Both the position numbers and the translations under genes were made by a program. 64,000 nucleotides of DNA from Octopus vulgaris. Its lineage: Eukaryota. The notes under the pieces were generated by a model. The model saw only the letters and a list, made by a program, of their open reading frames with translations. It did not search any database and had not been told where the DNA came from. Where the stretch lies: assembly GCA_951406725.2 (NCBI GenBank), contig OX597814.1, positions 62,682,001-62,746,000 on the forward strand, read 5' to 3'. This document shows, in pieces, positions 40,702-53,631 of the stretch. How positions within the stretch are numbered: the first letter of the stretch is position 1; each line of letters begins with the position of its first letter.

Positions 40702-41616
40702 CGTTCGTTTCTCTATTGTACCTTCTTCAAACCCGAAAATCGCCATTACTATTCTCAATCAAAACTTCCTTCTTCTCCAACTCAGACTTCCGGTCACTCT
40801 ATTTAAATGCACCTTGTCCTCCCACTTCTATTCATTCTTCTTCGATCACAGCGATGTCCAAAGCAAGCTAAGATTTTTCTCCTCTTTTCTTCCGGACCTC
40901 GTACAACATACACGCATTTGCCGCTACCGCTTAAATGTTTGAACTTATCCACTAATCTGCTTGTTCCTTTTCTTTCTCCACGAAATTTAATCCTTTAATT
41001 ATTTTAACCCCCCCCCCGGTATAAAAGTTAATTCGTTCGTTTCTCTATGCTACCCTTTCCAACCCTGAAGATCTTCGCCATTCGCGGCGCGCCCGCCCTT
41101 TCCCACCCCCACCACCAATACCGGGGAACACTGTTCACACCATCTACACCGGATATGCCCTCCCCCACCACCATTACGTGTGTCTATCCCTCCTACCCCT
41201 CCTCCTCACATGCTTTTCACTATGTATTACCCCTGCCTCCTCCCCCAAGACAAGCAGCTAGCGCCGCAGCTCATCAACCGTCCCACTTATCTTACGTTTC
41301 CTCCTGTTTTGAAATCTGTCACTGCCTCAACCGGCTATCTCCTTCCAGTCCCCTCCCCCCTCGTGATATCCTACGTTTTATTTCCTACGTTTCATTCTGT
41401 CTAGAAACTGCACCAACCCTACCTGTTATCGTTCCTCCTTACCCCAACCCTCCCCACTGGTGCTTCACTATATTACCTGCACCCCCCCACTTTCTCTTCC
41501 TCTCCCTCTCTTCTCACTGGTGGAACCTTTCTCAGCTGGAACCCCCCCCAACCCAACTCTAGAATATCCATGTTTCTGCTACGCTGCCTAATTACGTTAC
41601 TCAGTGACGATAATGC

Positions 41617-44600
41617 TTGCTTAGAATGCTACTAACACCACAACAACCCTCTTCTTTTCAGGCGCTGAATAGCTCCCCCCTCCCCCACATCTCCATCCCA
41701 GTTTTCAGAGTTGGCACTGTCAATGTTGGTACATTGAAAGGTAGGTCTAGTGAGATTGTAGAGATGCTTGAGAGAAGACAGGTTGATGTATGCTGCATAC
41801 AAGGGGTAAGATGGAGAGGTGCTTCAGCTAGGGTCCTCACAGGCAAGGCACTTAGGTACAAAGTCTTCTGGCAAGGTAACATGGAAGGTGTAGGGGGTGT
41901 AGGCATTCTCCTTGCGGAGAAATGGGTGGATAAGGTCATAGAGGTTGTCAGGGTTTGCGATAGAGTGCTTAAGCTCAGGTTGGTCCTACAGAGTGGCACA
42001 GCTACGATTATCTCCGCCTATGCCCCACAAGCGGGACTACCAAATGATCAGAAGGACCACTTTTATGATACTCTTCTACAGGCTACTTCAAAGACTAGTA
42101 GCAAGGACCTCATCTTTGTGGGTGGAGATTTTATTGGGCATGTTGGGCGGGAATCGGGTATCTTCACTGGGGTACACGGTGGCCATGGTATTGGCACCAG
42201 AAATGATGAGAGAACTAGACTACTGGAATTCTGTGATGCATGTAACCTTTTAATCTGCAACACTAACTTCAAGAAGCCTGACTGCCACCTTATAACCTAT
42301 CAGTCAGGAGACTCCGCTAGCCAAATAGACTTCATCCTCACCAGACAGCAGGATGCAGGGTCGCTCTTGAATACAAAGACCCTCCCGGGTGAAGAATGTA
42401 TCCCTCAGCATAGACTAATCATCAGTGACTTTAAGCTTGAGGCCAGAAGGACTCCAAGAAACAAACCAATCCAGAAAAGAAGGATTTGGAAGCTAAAGAA
42501 CCCTTCACATGTTTAGAGATTTAGGGACATCCTCATCAAGAAATTTGATGAGAGGGAGGAGGAGCTTCAGACGTCGGACATAGAAGGTAGCTGGGAATTC
42601 CTACGGGACAGCTTGCTGAGTGCCACAGACCGAGTCTGTGGATGGTGCAAAGTCCCTTCCAGACCTAGAGTTATGTGGTGGTGGAATAGTGCAGTAGACA
42701 AAGCCATTAGTGCAAAGAGACGGGCCTGGAAAGCCTGGAGGGATGGGGGCAGCAGGGAACTGTACCAGGTAGCCAAAAGGGAGGCTGGGCGGCAGGTATA
42801 CATAGCCAAAGATGTAGCAGAAAAGAAGAAGTTTGCCAATGTCCAGCGACGTGAGGACCAAAGAGCTGAGGTATTTCGGATTGCCAGACAGTGTGTCAGA
42901 GAAAATAGTGATGTTACAGGAGAGAAATGTGTCCGCATGGATGATGGGGCACTTGCTTTTACTGTTAGTGAAAAGAAAGAGGCTTGGAGAAGCCATTATG
43001 AAAGACTGCTGAATGAGGAGAATGAATGGGAGGAGGAGAGCCTGCCAAATGTTGACCCAGTAGAGGGACCAGCTACCCGAATAGACAGCTCCCTTGTAGT
43101 TAAGGCAATTAAGGATATGAAACCAGGTAAAGCCCCCGGCCCATCAGGAATCACTGCTGAGATGCTTAAAACAGCTGGCTATGTGGGCTATGTCCTAGTC
43201 ACCCGCATTGTAAACCAGGTAGTTCATAATGGAGTCATACCCAATGACTGGCGTAGCAGCACCATAGTCAACTGCTACAAGGGTAAGGGTGATGCTCTAG
43301 ATAGAAATAACTACAGGGGTATCAAACTGTTGGATCAGGTGATGAAGGTCACAGAGAGGGTCATAACCCATCTCATTAGGGAGAGAATTTGCTTAGATGA
43401 GATGCAGTTCGGTTTTGTGCCGGGTAGAAGCACCACTGATGCTATATTCCTGGTCCGACAACTGCAGGAGAAGTACCTAGCTAAAGATAAACCCCTCTAC
43501 ATAGCTTTTGTGGACTTGGAGAAAGCCTTTGACAGGGTTCCCCGTTCCCTTATCTGGTGGTCGATGCGGAAACTGGAGATTGACGAATGGCTAATAAGGG
43601 CTGTACAGGCTCTATACAGAGAGGCTGTCAGCAAGGTTAGGATTGGCAACGAATATAGTGAAGAATTCCGGGTAGAAGTAGGTGTGCACCAAGGCTCAGC
43701 CCTCAGTCCCCTTTTATTCATCATAGTCCTCCAGGCAATAACAGAGGAATTCAAAACAGGATGCCCCTGGGAGCTCCTCTATGCTGATGACCTGGCTCTC
43801 ATAGCAGAATCACTACCGGAACTAGAAAAGAAATTTCGGGTGTGGAAGCAAGGGTTAGAATCAAAGGGCCTTAGAGTAAATGTAGCAAAGACCAAAGTTA
43901 TAGTAAGCAGAAAGGCGAACTCAGCACACACACCCTCGGGAAGGTGGCCCTGCTCGATCTGAGGGAAAGGTGTAGGTAGAAACTCCATAAGATGCACCCA
44001 ATGTAAGCTATGGACGCACAAGAGGTGCAGCAACATTAAAGGGAAATTAACAGATAAGATAGCTTTCATGTGCGGCAGATGCACAGGGACAATAGACACC
44101 ACAGACACTCAGAAAACAGATTCCATCACACTCCAGGGAGAGAAACTAGAAGTAGTTGATAGTTTCCGCTACCTGGGTGACCAAGTTAGTAGTGGAGGTG
44201 GATGCACAGAGAGTATCACCACTAGAATACGAATAGCCTGGGCAAAGTTCAGAAAGCTCCTACCCCTACTGGCGACAAAGGGTCTCTCGCTCAGAGCGAA
44301 AGGTAGATTGTATGATGCATGTGTGCGAACTGCCATGCTTCACGGTAGTGAAACATGGGCTGTGACTGCAGAGGACATGCGTAGACTTGAAAGAAATGAA
44401 GCTAGCATGATCCGCTGGATGTGTAATGTCAGTGTGCACGCACGACAGAGTGTAAGCACCCTGAGAGAAATGCTGGATATAAGAAGCATCAGATGTGGTG
44501 TGCAAGAGCGACGCTTGCGATGGTATGGTCATGTGCTGCAGGATGGATGAGGAGAGATGTGTGAAGAAGTGCCACTCCCAAACAGTTGAAGGTATCAGGG

Positions 44601-44752
44601 GGAGAGGTAGACCCAGGAAGACATGGGATGAGGTAGTCAAGCATGACCTCAGAGCGTTGGGCCTCACTGAGGCAATGGCGAAGGACCGAGATCTCTGGAG
44701 ATATGCTGTGACTGCAAAGACCCGGGCTGCTTCCTGCATCAGTTCCGCATAG
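41617..44752 (+). pseudogene. RTE ORF: AP endonuclease, reverse transcriptase and PHD-like finger; two nonsense codons and one frameshift
   Basis: VGTVNVGTL, ISAYAPQ, QIDFIL, KAPGPSG, FVDLEKAFD, GVHQGSALSP, LLYADD. ORFs starting at 41617, 42613 and 44068 share one frame, with stops at 42514-42516 and 43960-43962 and a frameshift near 44540. Confidence 0.92.
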
Positions 44753-44876
44753 CCCCTGCCCATTCAAAGTACCCGGATCCCAGAACGTCCCGCTGTGCTT
44801 GAGGAGACCTGTTGAGTCAAGTACATGAACATGAACGTCGAAATAAATATCAATGGAAATAGTAGTTGTGATGCCT

Positions 44877-45165
44877 GTGCCGGTGGCACATAAAAAGCAC
44901 TATCCGAACGTGGCCGATGCCAGCGCCGCCCCGACTGGCTTCTGTGCCGGTGGCACATAAAAAGCACCATCCGAACGTGGCCGATGCCAGCGCCGCTCCG
45001 ACTGGCTTCTGTGCCGGAGGCACATAAAAAGCACCATCCGAACGTTGCCAGCGCCGCCTTGGCTGGCTTCCGTGCCGCTGGCACGTTAAAAGCTCCAACC
45101 GATCGTGGCCGATGCCGGACCCCCCCTGGCACCTGTGCAGTTGGCACGTAAAAAGCACCCACTAC
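44877..45165 (+). repeat. Five 61-67 bp tandem units in the RTE 3' UTR
   Basis: Units start GTGCCGGTGGCACATAAAAAGCAC at 44877, 44944, 45011, 45072 and 45135, with increasing divergence. Confidence 0.9.
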
Positions 45166-45829
45166 ACTCGCGGAGTGGTTAGCGTTAGGAAGGGCATCCA
45201 GCCGTAGAAACTCTGCCAGATCAGACTGGAGCCTGGAGCAGCCCCTGGCTTCCCAGACCCCGGTCGAACCGTCCAACCCGTGCTAGCGCGGAAAACGGAC
45301 GTTAAACGATGATGATGATGATGATGATGATGATATATACATACATACATATATACATATGTGTATATTTATACGAACACGCACGCAAACACATATACCT
45401 GTATTATATATATATATATATATATATATGTATACACACATACACACATACATACCCACATACATATATACACACATACTCACGTACACACATACAGATA
45501 TATATGCATACACGCACACACACTCACACATATACTTACATACACATATACACATGCGTAAATTCCCGTCTAGATCTATAAATATTTACTGCCTCGTTTG
45601 TTTTCAAAGTAGTAAGTTTTTGTTGACATATTTTAATTATATGCAACTTTATTGTGAAGTTTCATATATGAACATGTATGAACATATACAGTCGTGTATG
45701 AACATAATAAAGCATACTTTTGTCTCCTTAGTTTATTCAGCAATGAGGTTTTTTTTAAATCTATACTCTAGTATCTTTTTGTTTGCAGATTTTAGTGACG
45801 CACGGTTGCACTCTGAAGGCATCATACAG

Positions 45830-46736
45830 GCACATATCTAACCGTATACAAGGATAATATAATGAAATTATTGCATAAAGTGATCAGGTGCACCACAACT
45901 TGTCAAAAGTGCGTATAAAGCATATACAGTAATGTACAAATGTCTGGAAAGTGAACAGTGTATGAGTCAGATACATGCTTGTGTGTGTATGGAGGGGAGA
46001 AAATTAGGTGTAGTTGGTGAATCTCAGGAAGCATGGAAGTTTTGAAGGATGCAGTGCTCCGACAACTAACAACTGATGCCGGCAGTTTTTTTCCATACTT
46101 CAGCAATTCTTAGCGTGAAAAAATGTTTCCGAAAGTCATAGGAGCTGTGCTGTTTTCTGACTTTGTAAACATGTCCACGGGTGTTAGACAGGTGGAGTTT
46201 GAAAAGGTGCTCAGAGTTATTGTTAGTAAGATGGCTAATAATTTTATGGGTGTCTGCCAAGTCAGCTGCTAGACGTCAGAGTTTCAATGTGTCCATGCCC
46301 AGGGAAGTAAGGCGTTCAGAATATGGCAAATACCTGATGGAGGGTATTTTCTTGGTTGCACGTCGCTGAACGGTTTCCAAACGATTATTATCCTGGGTAA
46401 GATAGGGGTTCCAGACCGGTGATGCAAATTCCAGGTGAGGCCGCACCATAGCTATACAAAGCCGCAGACAGATAGTTGGAGAGCGGCTCATAAAGGATTT
46501 GGTAAGTGATGCCAAGACACCCTCAGCCTTCTTAGCAATTTTAGCAATGCATTTTGTTCAATGCAAATCGCTGTCGACAATAATGCCTCGGCCACGTTCA
46601 CAAGAAGACTTTTTGAGATTAGTGTTGTGGAGGGAGTAAGTAGACGCTGGGTTTTTCCTCCCAAAATGCATAGTGGTATATTTGTCCACAGCCAGCTTGA
46701 GTTGCCAGGCCATGATCCATTGCTGCATTGTGTCCA
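45830..46736 (-). mobile_element. CR1-clade LINE 3' fragment
   Basis: WQLKLAVDK..MHFG, VRPHLEFASPVWNPY, LETVQRRATK, NTRGH..K, HFFTLRI. Confidence 0.85.
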
Positions 46737-47127
46737 GCAGAATCGCTAGCAAGCCGGGCAAAATAGCAGCATTTCGTCCGTCATTCCGTTCTGAGTTCAA
46801 ATCCCGCCGAGGTCGACTTTGCCTTTCATTCTTTCTGGATCGATAAGTTAAGTACCAGGGAAACACCGGGATCGATGTAATCGGCTAGTCCCCTTCATCA
46901 TTGTTATTATTAAGGTGGTGAGCTGACACAATCGTTAGCACATCAGAGGAAATGCGCAACAATATTTTGACCATCTTTACGTTGTGAGTTCAAATTTCGC
47001 CGAGGTCGACTTTGCCTTTCATTCTGTCGGGATCGATAAATTAAATACCAGTTAAACACTGGGGTCGGTTTAATCGACTAGTCCCCTTCCCACAAATTTC
47101 AGCCCTGTTGTGCTTATTGTAGAAAAG

Positions 47128-47177
<50 letters not shown>

Positions 47178-47385
47178 GGCCGCGAGCTGACACAATCGTT
47201 AGCACATCAGAGAAAATGCTCAACAGTAGTTTTTACGTTCTGTGTTCAAATTCCGCCGAGGCTGACTTTACCTTTTACCCTTTCGAGGCGAATAAAATAA
47301 GTACCAGTGTAGCTCTGGGGTCGATACAATAAACAAGGCCCATTTCCCCAAATTCCAGGCCTTGTGCCAATAGTGAAAGAATTAT
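46737..47385 (+). mobile_element. Three head-to-tail SINE family A copies separated by (ATT)n
   Basis: Core GAGTTCAAAT..CGCCGAGGTCGACTTTGCCTTTCAT recurs at about 46793, 46986 and 47243. Confidence 0.85.
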
Positions 47386-48039
47386 TGTTTCTGTGGTTCT
47401 GCTGTTGGGTTTGGTGTAGGTAGCTGTCATGTCAGCAACACAAATCTGTTCGTCTGTTTGTATGTCAATTCTTGAAAAGAATTGTTATATACCTTCTCCT
47501 TAAGCAGATTAGAACATATAGGGGCGGCTGATCTCTTTGTGTCTCACTTCTTTGGGGATCAAACTTGTTAAAACATTTTTCAATATTGTTTTGAAAAAAA
47601 ACTTTTTTTACGAACATGGTGTAGATTTTCACACCAGCAACGTTAACCGAGCAGTAAGAAGTGACTTGAAAGGAAGTGACAGCACGTATCAAAGTTTTTT
47701 CCCTTTACCCTACCTCTTCAGGGAAAGAAAGAAGAACGTTTATCAAGCGTTGAAAGTTAAAAGTCCAAATATTTGCCTAAATGCTGTTGTGGCAAACAAC
47801 AGTAGCAGTAACAACAGCAATAATAACAACAACAATAACATTAACGAAAGTAATAACAGCGGCAACAATAGTTTTTTCGCTGCTGAATGGGGTGAAGCTA
47901 CGAGTACGCGTATGGAGCACACAACCACGATGCCACGGCTGTGGAATAGTTGAATATTTCAGAGCATTCTGCTCACACAACCAAAGCAAGAAAATGTCAA
48001 AACTTCACCGTTCCCAACAGCATTGCAGCAGCAGCATCA

Positions 48040-48420
48040 GAAGGCGCAATGGCCCAGTGGTTAGGGCAGCGAGCTCGCGGTCGGAGGATCGCGGTTTCGA
48101 TTCTCAGACCGGGCGTTGTGTGTGTTTATTGAGCGAAAACACCTAAAGCTCCAGCAGGGGTGGTGGCGACCCCTGTTGTACTCTTTCGCTCCAGCATTCT
48201 CTCACTCTTTCTTCCTGTTTCTTGTCCCCGACTTCCTACGCAACCGCTGAGCCTGGATGCGCATTCTCCATCCGTCGATGCTCTCGGTGTCGGGGGTTGA
48301 CCTGCTTTCTCTTCTACGGGTCTTACGAATAGCAAAGGACCACGTTTCGGACCCCTCCCATTACAGATATAGGACGAAGACCGCTTCGCTCAACAAATAA
48401 AACAAACAAACAAACAAACA
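48040..48420 (+). mobile_element. tRNA-derived SINE with (AAAC)n tail and 13-bp TSD
   Basis: A-box-like TGGCCCAGTGG, B-box-like GGTTTCGATTC; TSD AGCAGCAGCATCA at 48027-48039 and 48421-48433. Confidence 0.88.
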
Positions 48421-48530
48421 AGCAGCAGCATCATTGCAGCAGCAGAAACTGTCGAAATAGTAACAACTGTAGCATCAATAGCATCAACAACAAATTCATA
48501 AGCTCCTGTAGCAACTGTGGTGGCGACATA

Positions 48531-48924
48531 TCTCTCTCTATATATAAAGCTGAAGTTGTCTGTGTATGGCAGGTTTGGTAGCCTTCAACTAACACTATCT
48601 CCTCCGAGACCCTGCGGCGCAAGTTGACCAAAATTGAGAGTATGATAGAAGAAGGCTTGCTCTTCATTCTGTAGAAGATAAAATTCAAATCAGACCAAGT
48701 TAAGATAAAAAATTATTTACATAAAAAAAGTGCTTTTTTTCTATGAAAATCCCTATTTTTTACGATTTTTTGACTGCTGTGTCGCCATTTTTCGGTGTAT
48801 TTCAACCAGAAAAATGTTCGCTGAAAGAGAATTACGAGTTACATAATACAAATTTTTTACTTTTCAAAAATTCCAATTCTAAAGGGTCGAAACAAACCCG
48901 AGCAACGCCGGATGATACTGCTAG
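48531..48924 (+). mobile_element. Non-autonomous Helitron
   Basis: A|TCTCTCTCTATATATAAAG start; CCCGAGCAACGCCGG hairpin remnant; ends ACTGCTAG|T. Confidence 0.8.
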
Positions 48925-49497
48925 TTATGAATAAAATAATACTTTAACGTTTTTAGTATTTGTTTAACTACGTTCTTGATGTGAAATCGTGAATTGAAAT
49001 GTGTATTTTGGGAGGGTCATTTCATAATCAATTACTTGATCAATTATTTGATAAACCAACTAATAGTTGAAACATATGCATGATGAAATAAGCAAGTGCA
49101 TTTACCGCGAAAAAAAATTACAACTATCAATCAATAACAACAACAATCAATCAATAATAAACAACACTATATTAAAGATTACATCAAAGACGAGTTCTAA
49201 CTTGAGAGCAATCCGGATATAAATTTGTATTACAGAAATGAAATAAGGCATAAGTCGACATCGGTTATCAATATATTTATTTCAAATGTTTATAAAATAT
49301 TATTCGAGAGATAAAAAACAGTTGAAAAGCAGTATTGATAGTGATCAATGTACAGACACTTTTGTCTTAATTGTTCTTTCTGCATTTAAGTATATATATA
49401 TATCCAGTCTTAGGTAGCGTCATTGATCGTTCTGCATGAAAAGAAAAGCACGTTGTACCACGCGAAATCAAAAACATTCCTCTTCTCTCTTTCCTTT

Positions 49498-49547
<50 letters not shown>

Positions 49548-49810
49548 CACACGCACCCCCCCACACACACGCACGTGTCTCTGTGCGTGCCCACGCGTGT
49601 GTATTTTTTTATAACATGGTCGTCACTGTTATGGCTAAAGCAAGCAAAAAAGGCAATGGAAAAATTATATGTGTGCTTGCCTATTTATAATTTCGTGTTC
49701 ATTTATATACCTGTATAACATGTATATTATGTATATCTACTCTTCATAAACATGACCCTTTATACCTTGGGGTTCGGGTTCAACACATAAAAATTAATAA
49801 AATATTATCA

Positions 49811-49864
<54 letters not shown>

Positions 49865-49869
49865 TTACG

Positions 49870-50050
49870 ATCGTTAAGTCGTGAGTTCAATTCGTGAGTT
49901 ATGTCCTTGAGCAAGACTTTTATTTCACGTTACCCCAGTCCACTCGGCTGCCAAAAAATGAGCAGTACTTTTATTTCAAAGGGCCAGCCTTGTCAAACTT
50001 TGTCTCACCCTAAATCTCCCTGAGAACTACGTTAAGAGTACTCGTGTCTG
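49870..50050 (+). mobile_element. SINE family B
   Basis: GAGTTCAATTC B-box-like motif; CTCCCTGAGAACTACGTTAAG shared with 9080-9272. Confidence 0.7.
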
Positions 50051-50389
50051 AAATATATATTTCAAAAATAAAGAAAGCACAAAGACGAGGTGAAAGAACA
50101 ACGACCGTAGTGTATTAAGTTTGGGGCTCAGTGAAAATGGAAGAATTGTTTATTTCACTGCGCTTCAGCTGTTGTACGCTCCGGACTTCTCCTGTTGTCA
50201 TTTGTTTCCCCTGGGTGTCTTGCCGGGGATTGAACTCAGAACCTTTAGTTGACTACACTGTACTTACCAACGTCTTTATCCATTACGTTATGCTCGGTGG
50301 CTGACACCAATTGAATTTTTAAGGTTTTAAACCTTCAGTAATCTTATGTCGGTTTCATACCGACTGGATAATAAAATATAGATTTGTAA

Positions 50390-50460
50390 AATGAAAGAAG
50401 TCTTTCACGTTTCGAGCCAGGCTCTTCTACACAAAGGACAAATGAGAAAAAAATCAACGA
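50390..50460 (-). mobile_element. Penelope pseudo-LTR fragment with hammerhead-like motif
   Basis: Minus strand GTCCTTTGTGTAGAAGAGCCTGGCTCGAAACGTGAAAGAC, homologous to 55416-55456. Confidence 0.55.
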
Positions 50461-51208
50461 GTCTAAGACATGCTGAAATAACTAGAACACGAAGTTGGCT
50501 TATAGCGTGGGTAGAAAGGGAGACAACAGTGTTCTATATCTACTATAAACCTACATGTTCATCCCAGTTTGATCCCTGTCTATACTTACTTCTCTCTCGG
50601 ATTCTCATCCCTTCGACTATTGCCATCTCAAGGACTACTTTACCACCAGACTTTACTCGCTTTACCACTGGAACTCTATACTACTTGGAATCCCATTACC
50701 CTGGATCTTACTGTTGTGTATATATATATATATTGTACAATATGAGTGTGTGTATATGTGTGTGTTTATACACACACACACACACATATACCGCATGGTG
50801 AACAGGAAGTATCAATATAAATATATATGTATGTATATGTGCGTGTGTGTGTGTGTGTATGTATAAAATTGAAGAAATTGGAGTCAACAAGTTGTTAAAT
50901 ATTAACATTTACATAAGAATTACGATTGAAGATTTGGCTTCTATAAACTATACACATATTTACTATATCTTTCGCGTTTATAAAAAGGGACATGGACACA
51001 TACGCAGAACACAGACACAGACACACACAGACGCACAGACACTCGCGCGCACGCGTAACTTTTCATCTGCCACCGATATTTCTGTCTTTTTAAGCACTAC
51101 ACATCTATATGGGATGCTCTCTCAAGAGGAGAAACGCACTTTTACAATATTCTTTCAATATAGCCAAGTTAAGTAGGATATAACTTCTATTGCTAAGATA
51201 TATATAGA

Positions 51209-51660
51209 TACAGGGTCATTAAAAGCAAGTAGGCGTTAAAAATTGGTAATAAAATCCATATTTCTTTTACAAATTTATTGAAACAAATGATACATGTTCT
51301 TTATTACACGGGAAAATGAAAGTAAATCTTCATATTTCAACGTAAGCATCGGTGGCGTCAACCAGGGATGGAATGAACAATCTCCTGAAGGACGTTGTCT
51401 GGGATATCATTGAGAACCTCCTGAATCCGTGTCTCTAAGTTCTCAGTGTGCGAGGTTTTGTCTTGTACACCCCTTTTGTGTAACCTCACAGGTAAAAATT
51501 GCATGGAGTGAGATCTGGACTTCTTGGAGACCATTCATGAAGTCCGCACAGTCCCATCCAACGTCCTGGAAAACGTTGGTCTAATAACGCATGCACAGTA
51601 AGAACAAAATGGGGTGGTGCATCATCTTGAACAAATATCAGATCATGACTGTTATCCAAG
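51209..51660 (-). mobile_element. Tc1-like transposase C-terminal fragment with TA|CAGGG terminus
   Basis: FVQDDAPPH...WSPRSPDLTPCNFYL. Confidence 0.8.
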
Positions 51661-51699
51661 CCAATGTTATCCAATCCTGAGTTGATACCTGCTCTTCTC

Positions 51700-52250
51700 T
51701 CCATTCTCGCGAACTCATTTCACCCTTTCCTGATAGTCTTGTGACTGGTGACGAAAAATGCATCTTTTATCGAAATGTTAAACGTCGTAAACAGTGGCTT
51801 GGTAAAAGGGAAAAAGCGCGACCACAACCGAGAAGGGAACTTCATGGAAAAAGGGTTCTTCTCTCTATCTGATGGGATTGCAAAGGAATAATTCACTTTG
51901 GATTGTTACCACCTAATGCAACAATCAATGCTCAAGTCTACTGTCAGCAGCTAGAGCGCTTGAACCAAGCTTTGAAGAAAAAAGACCTGCTTTATTGATT
52001 CGAAAAGGAGTGATGTTTCATCTGGACAATGCGCGACACCACACTGCAAAGATCACATCACAGAAGATCGAAGAGCTTGGTTGGGAAAAAAATTCCTCAT
52101 CCACCTTATTCTCCCGCTCTTGCTCCTTCAGACTACCATTTGTTTCGTAGTTTACAGAATCATTTGGGGGACATAAATTTCGCAAGCCAGGAGGAGGTCG
52201 AAACTGACATTTCAGAGTTCTTCGCTTTGAAACCAAAAGAGTTTTACGTT
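51700..52250 (+). mobile_element. Mariner (DD34D) transposase catalytic-domain fragment
   Basis: LVTGDEKC, FHLDNAR, HPPYSPALAPSDYHLFRSLQN. Confidence 0.88.
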
Positions 52251-52601
52251 GATGGTCAATTTCCTGTTCACTATGCGGCATTTTCCATCTAACTACTGTC
52301 GCTAAAATACTAAAATACCGACATTAATACCGCGTTACCTTTCTCTACAAATCAGAGGCTAACGTCCATTAATAAACATTGACTCTCTTCAACTGATCTC
52401 TAATTCAGACTCTAATGGCCGAAGGCTAGCCACGCGCTTGAAACTCAGAGTACCAATGATTTTGAACCAAACAGTTTTGATCTATACATGTAATACAAGT
52501 AACTCACAATCAATGTGTTGAGTGCTCTTCTTACGTTTATATAATCACTCGTGTATGTATGTATATATATATACACACACATATATATGTAGGTATATAT
52601 G

Positions 52602-52730
52602 TATTTGGATTTACCTGTCATACATAAAGAATTACCTTATTTTATAATTGTTTGATACAGTTAACCAAATTCGTTTAACACTAAGTGCTTTATAGATATC
52701 TGCCTGGATTTATTAATCCCTTTTAGTTCA

Positions 52731-52762
<32 letters not shown>

Positions 52763-52770
52763 GTATATGT

Positions 52771-52843
<73 letters not shown>

Positions 52844-52995
52844 TATATGTATGTGTGTGTGTGTATTGAACTAAAAGGGATTAATAAATCCAGGCAGATA
52901 TCTATAAAGCACTTAGTGTTAAACGAATTTGGTTAACTGTATCAAACAATTATAAAATAAGGTAATTCTTTATGTATGACAGGTAAATCCAAATA
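52602..52995. repeat. Palindrome with arms of about 155 bp centred on a (TA)n tract
   Basis: TATTTGGATTTACCTGTC...TTTTAGTTCAATACACAC vs GTGTGTATTGAACTAAAA...GACAGGTAAATCCAAATA; I found no mismatch in the unique part. Confidence 0.95.
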
Positions 52996-53581
52996 TCGCT
53001 AAGAAGAATTTCAAGAAATTCAGAGAATAAGACAGCAAGAACAAGAACGGAGAAAAGCACATCTTAATTTGTGGTTATACCATGCATTATTGACGATCTT
53101 CTATTGAGACAGCATATTTAGATACAGAAAAAAAAAGGTTTAAAATACCAGTCGTTTCAATATATCCGAAAATATATGCTAACGCAATGTTATCAAGGCA
53201 ATCTCAAATTGGTTAAATTCAAAGCAAACTGAGAAAAGATTTCTAGTAGACGAACGCATACAAAAAGTAACGCTAAGAAGTAATAGAATATTCTAGGAAA
53301 AGTAGATAACGTCAGTAGATAACGAAAGAATAAAAAATAGACATAGAAATTCTACATCATAGCAATTAGTTATCAATCTTTGATATATGCTAAAAATAAA
53401 GCTTTTAGAAAAATGTATGCATATTATATTATAGGAAAAGCAGTTATAACTAATAGGTTATTTCGTATTGAAATATTTGAATACTTAACAATATTTATGA
53501 GAAACAGCAGAAACAGCACAGGTCGTCAGTACTTGAGGAAACTCGCGCGCGCGTGCACGCACTCAGACAGACAGACAGACA

Positions 53582-53631
<50 letters not shown>

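Larger units (their letters stand above)
41033..45333 (+). mobile_element. RTE-clade LINE, near full length; 5' boundary uncertain; (GAT)n tail
   Basis: C-rich leader, single APE+RT frame, 3' UTR with tandem repeats, ends GGACGTTAAAC(GAT)n. Confidence 0.9.

Noticed and set aside
44877-45165. CRISPR-like regularly spaced palindromic repeats
   Set aside because: The spacers are homologous to each other, there are no cas genes, the context is eukaryotic, and the array lies in an RTE 3' UTR.
48043-48115. tRNA gene
   Set aside because: A and B boxes are present, but the sequence continues into a body with an (AAAC)n tail and a TSD, so it is a SINE head. The same reasoning applies to the multi-copy heads at 18593-18748 and 22987-23149.
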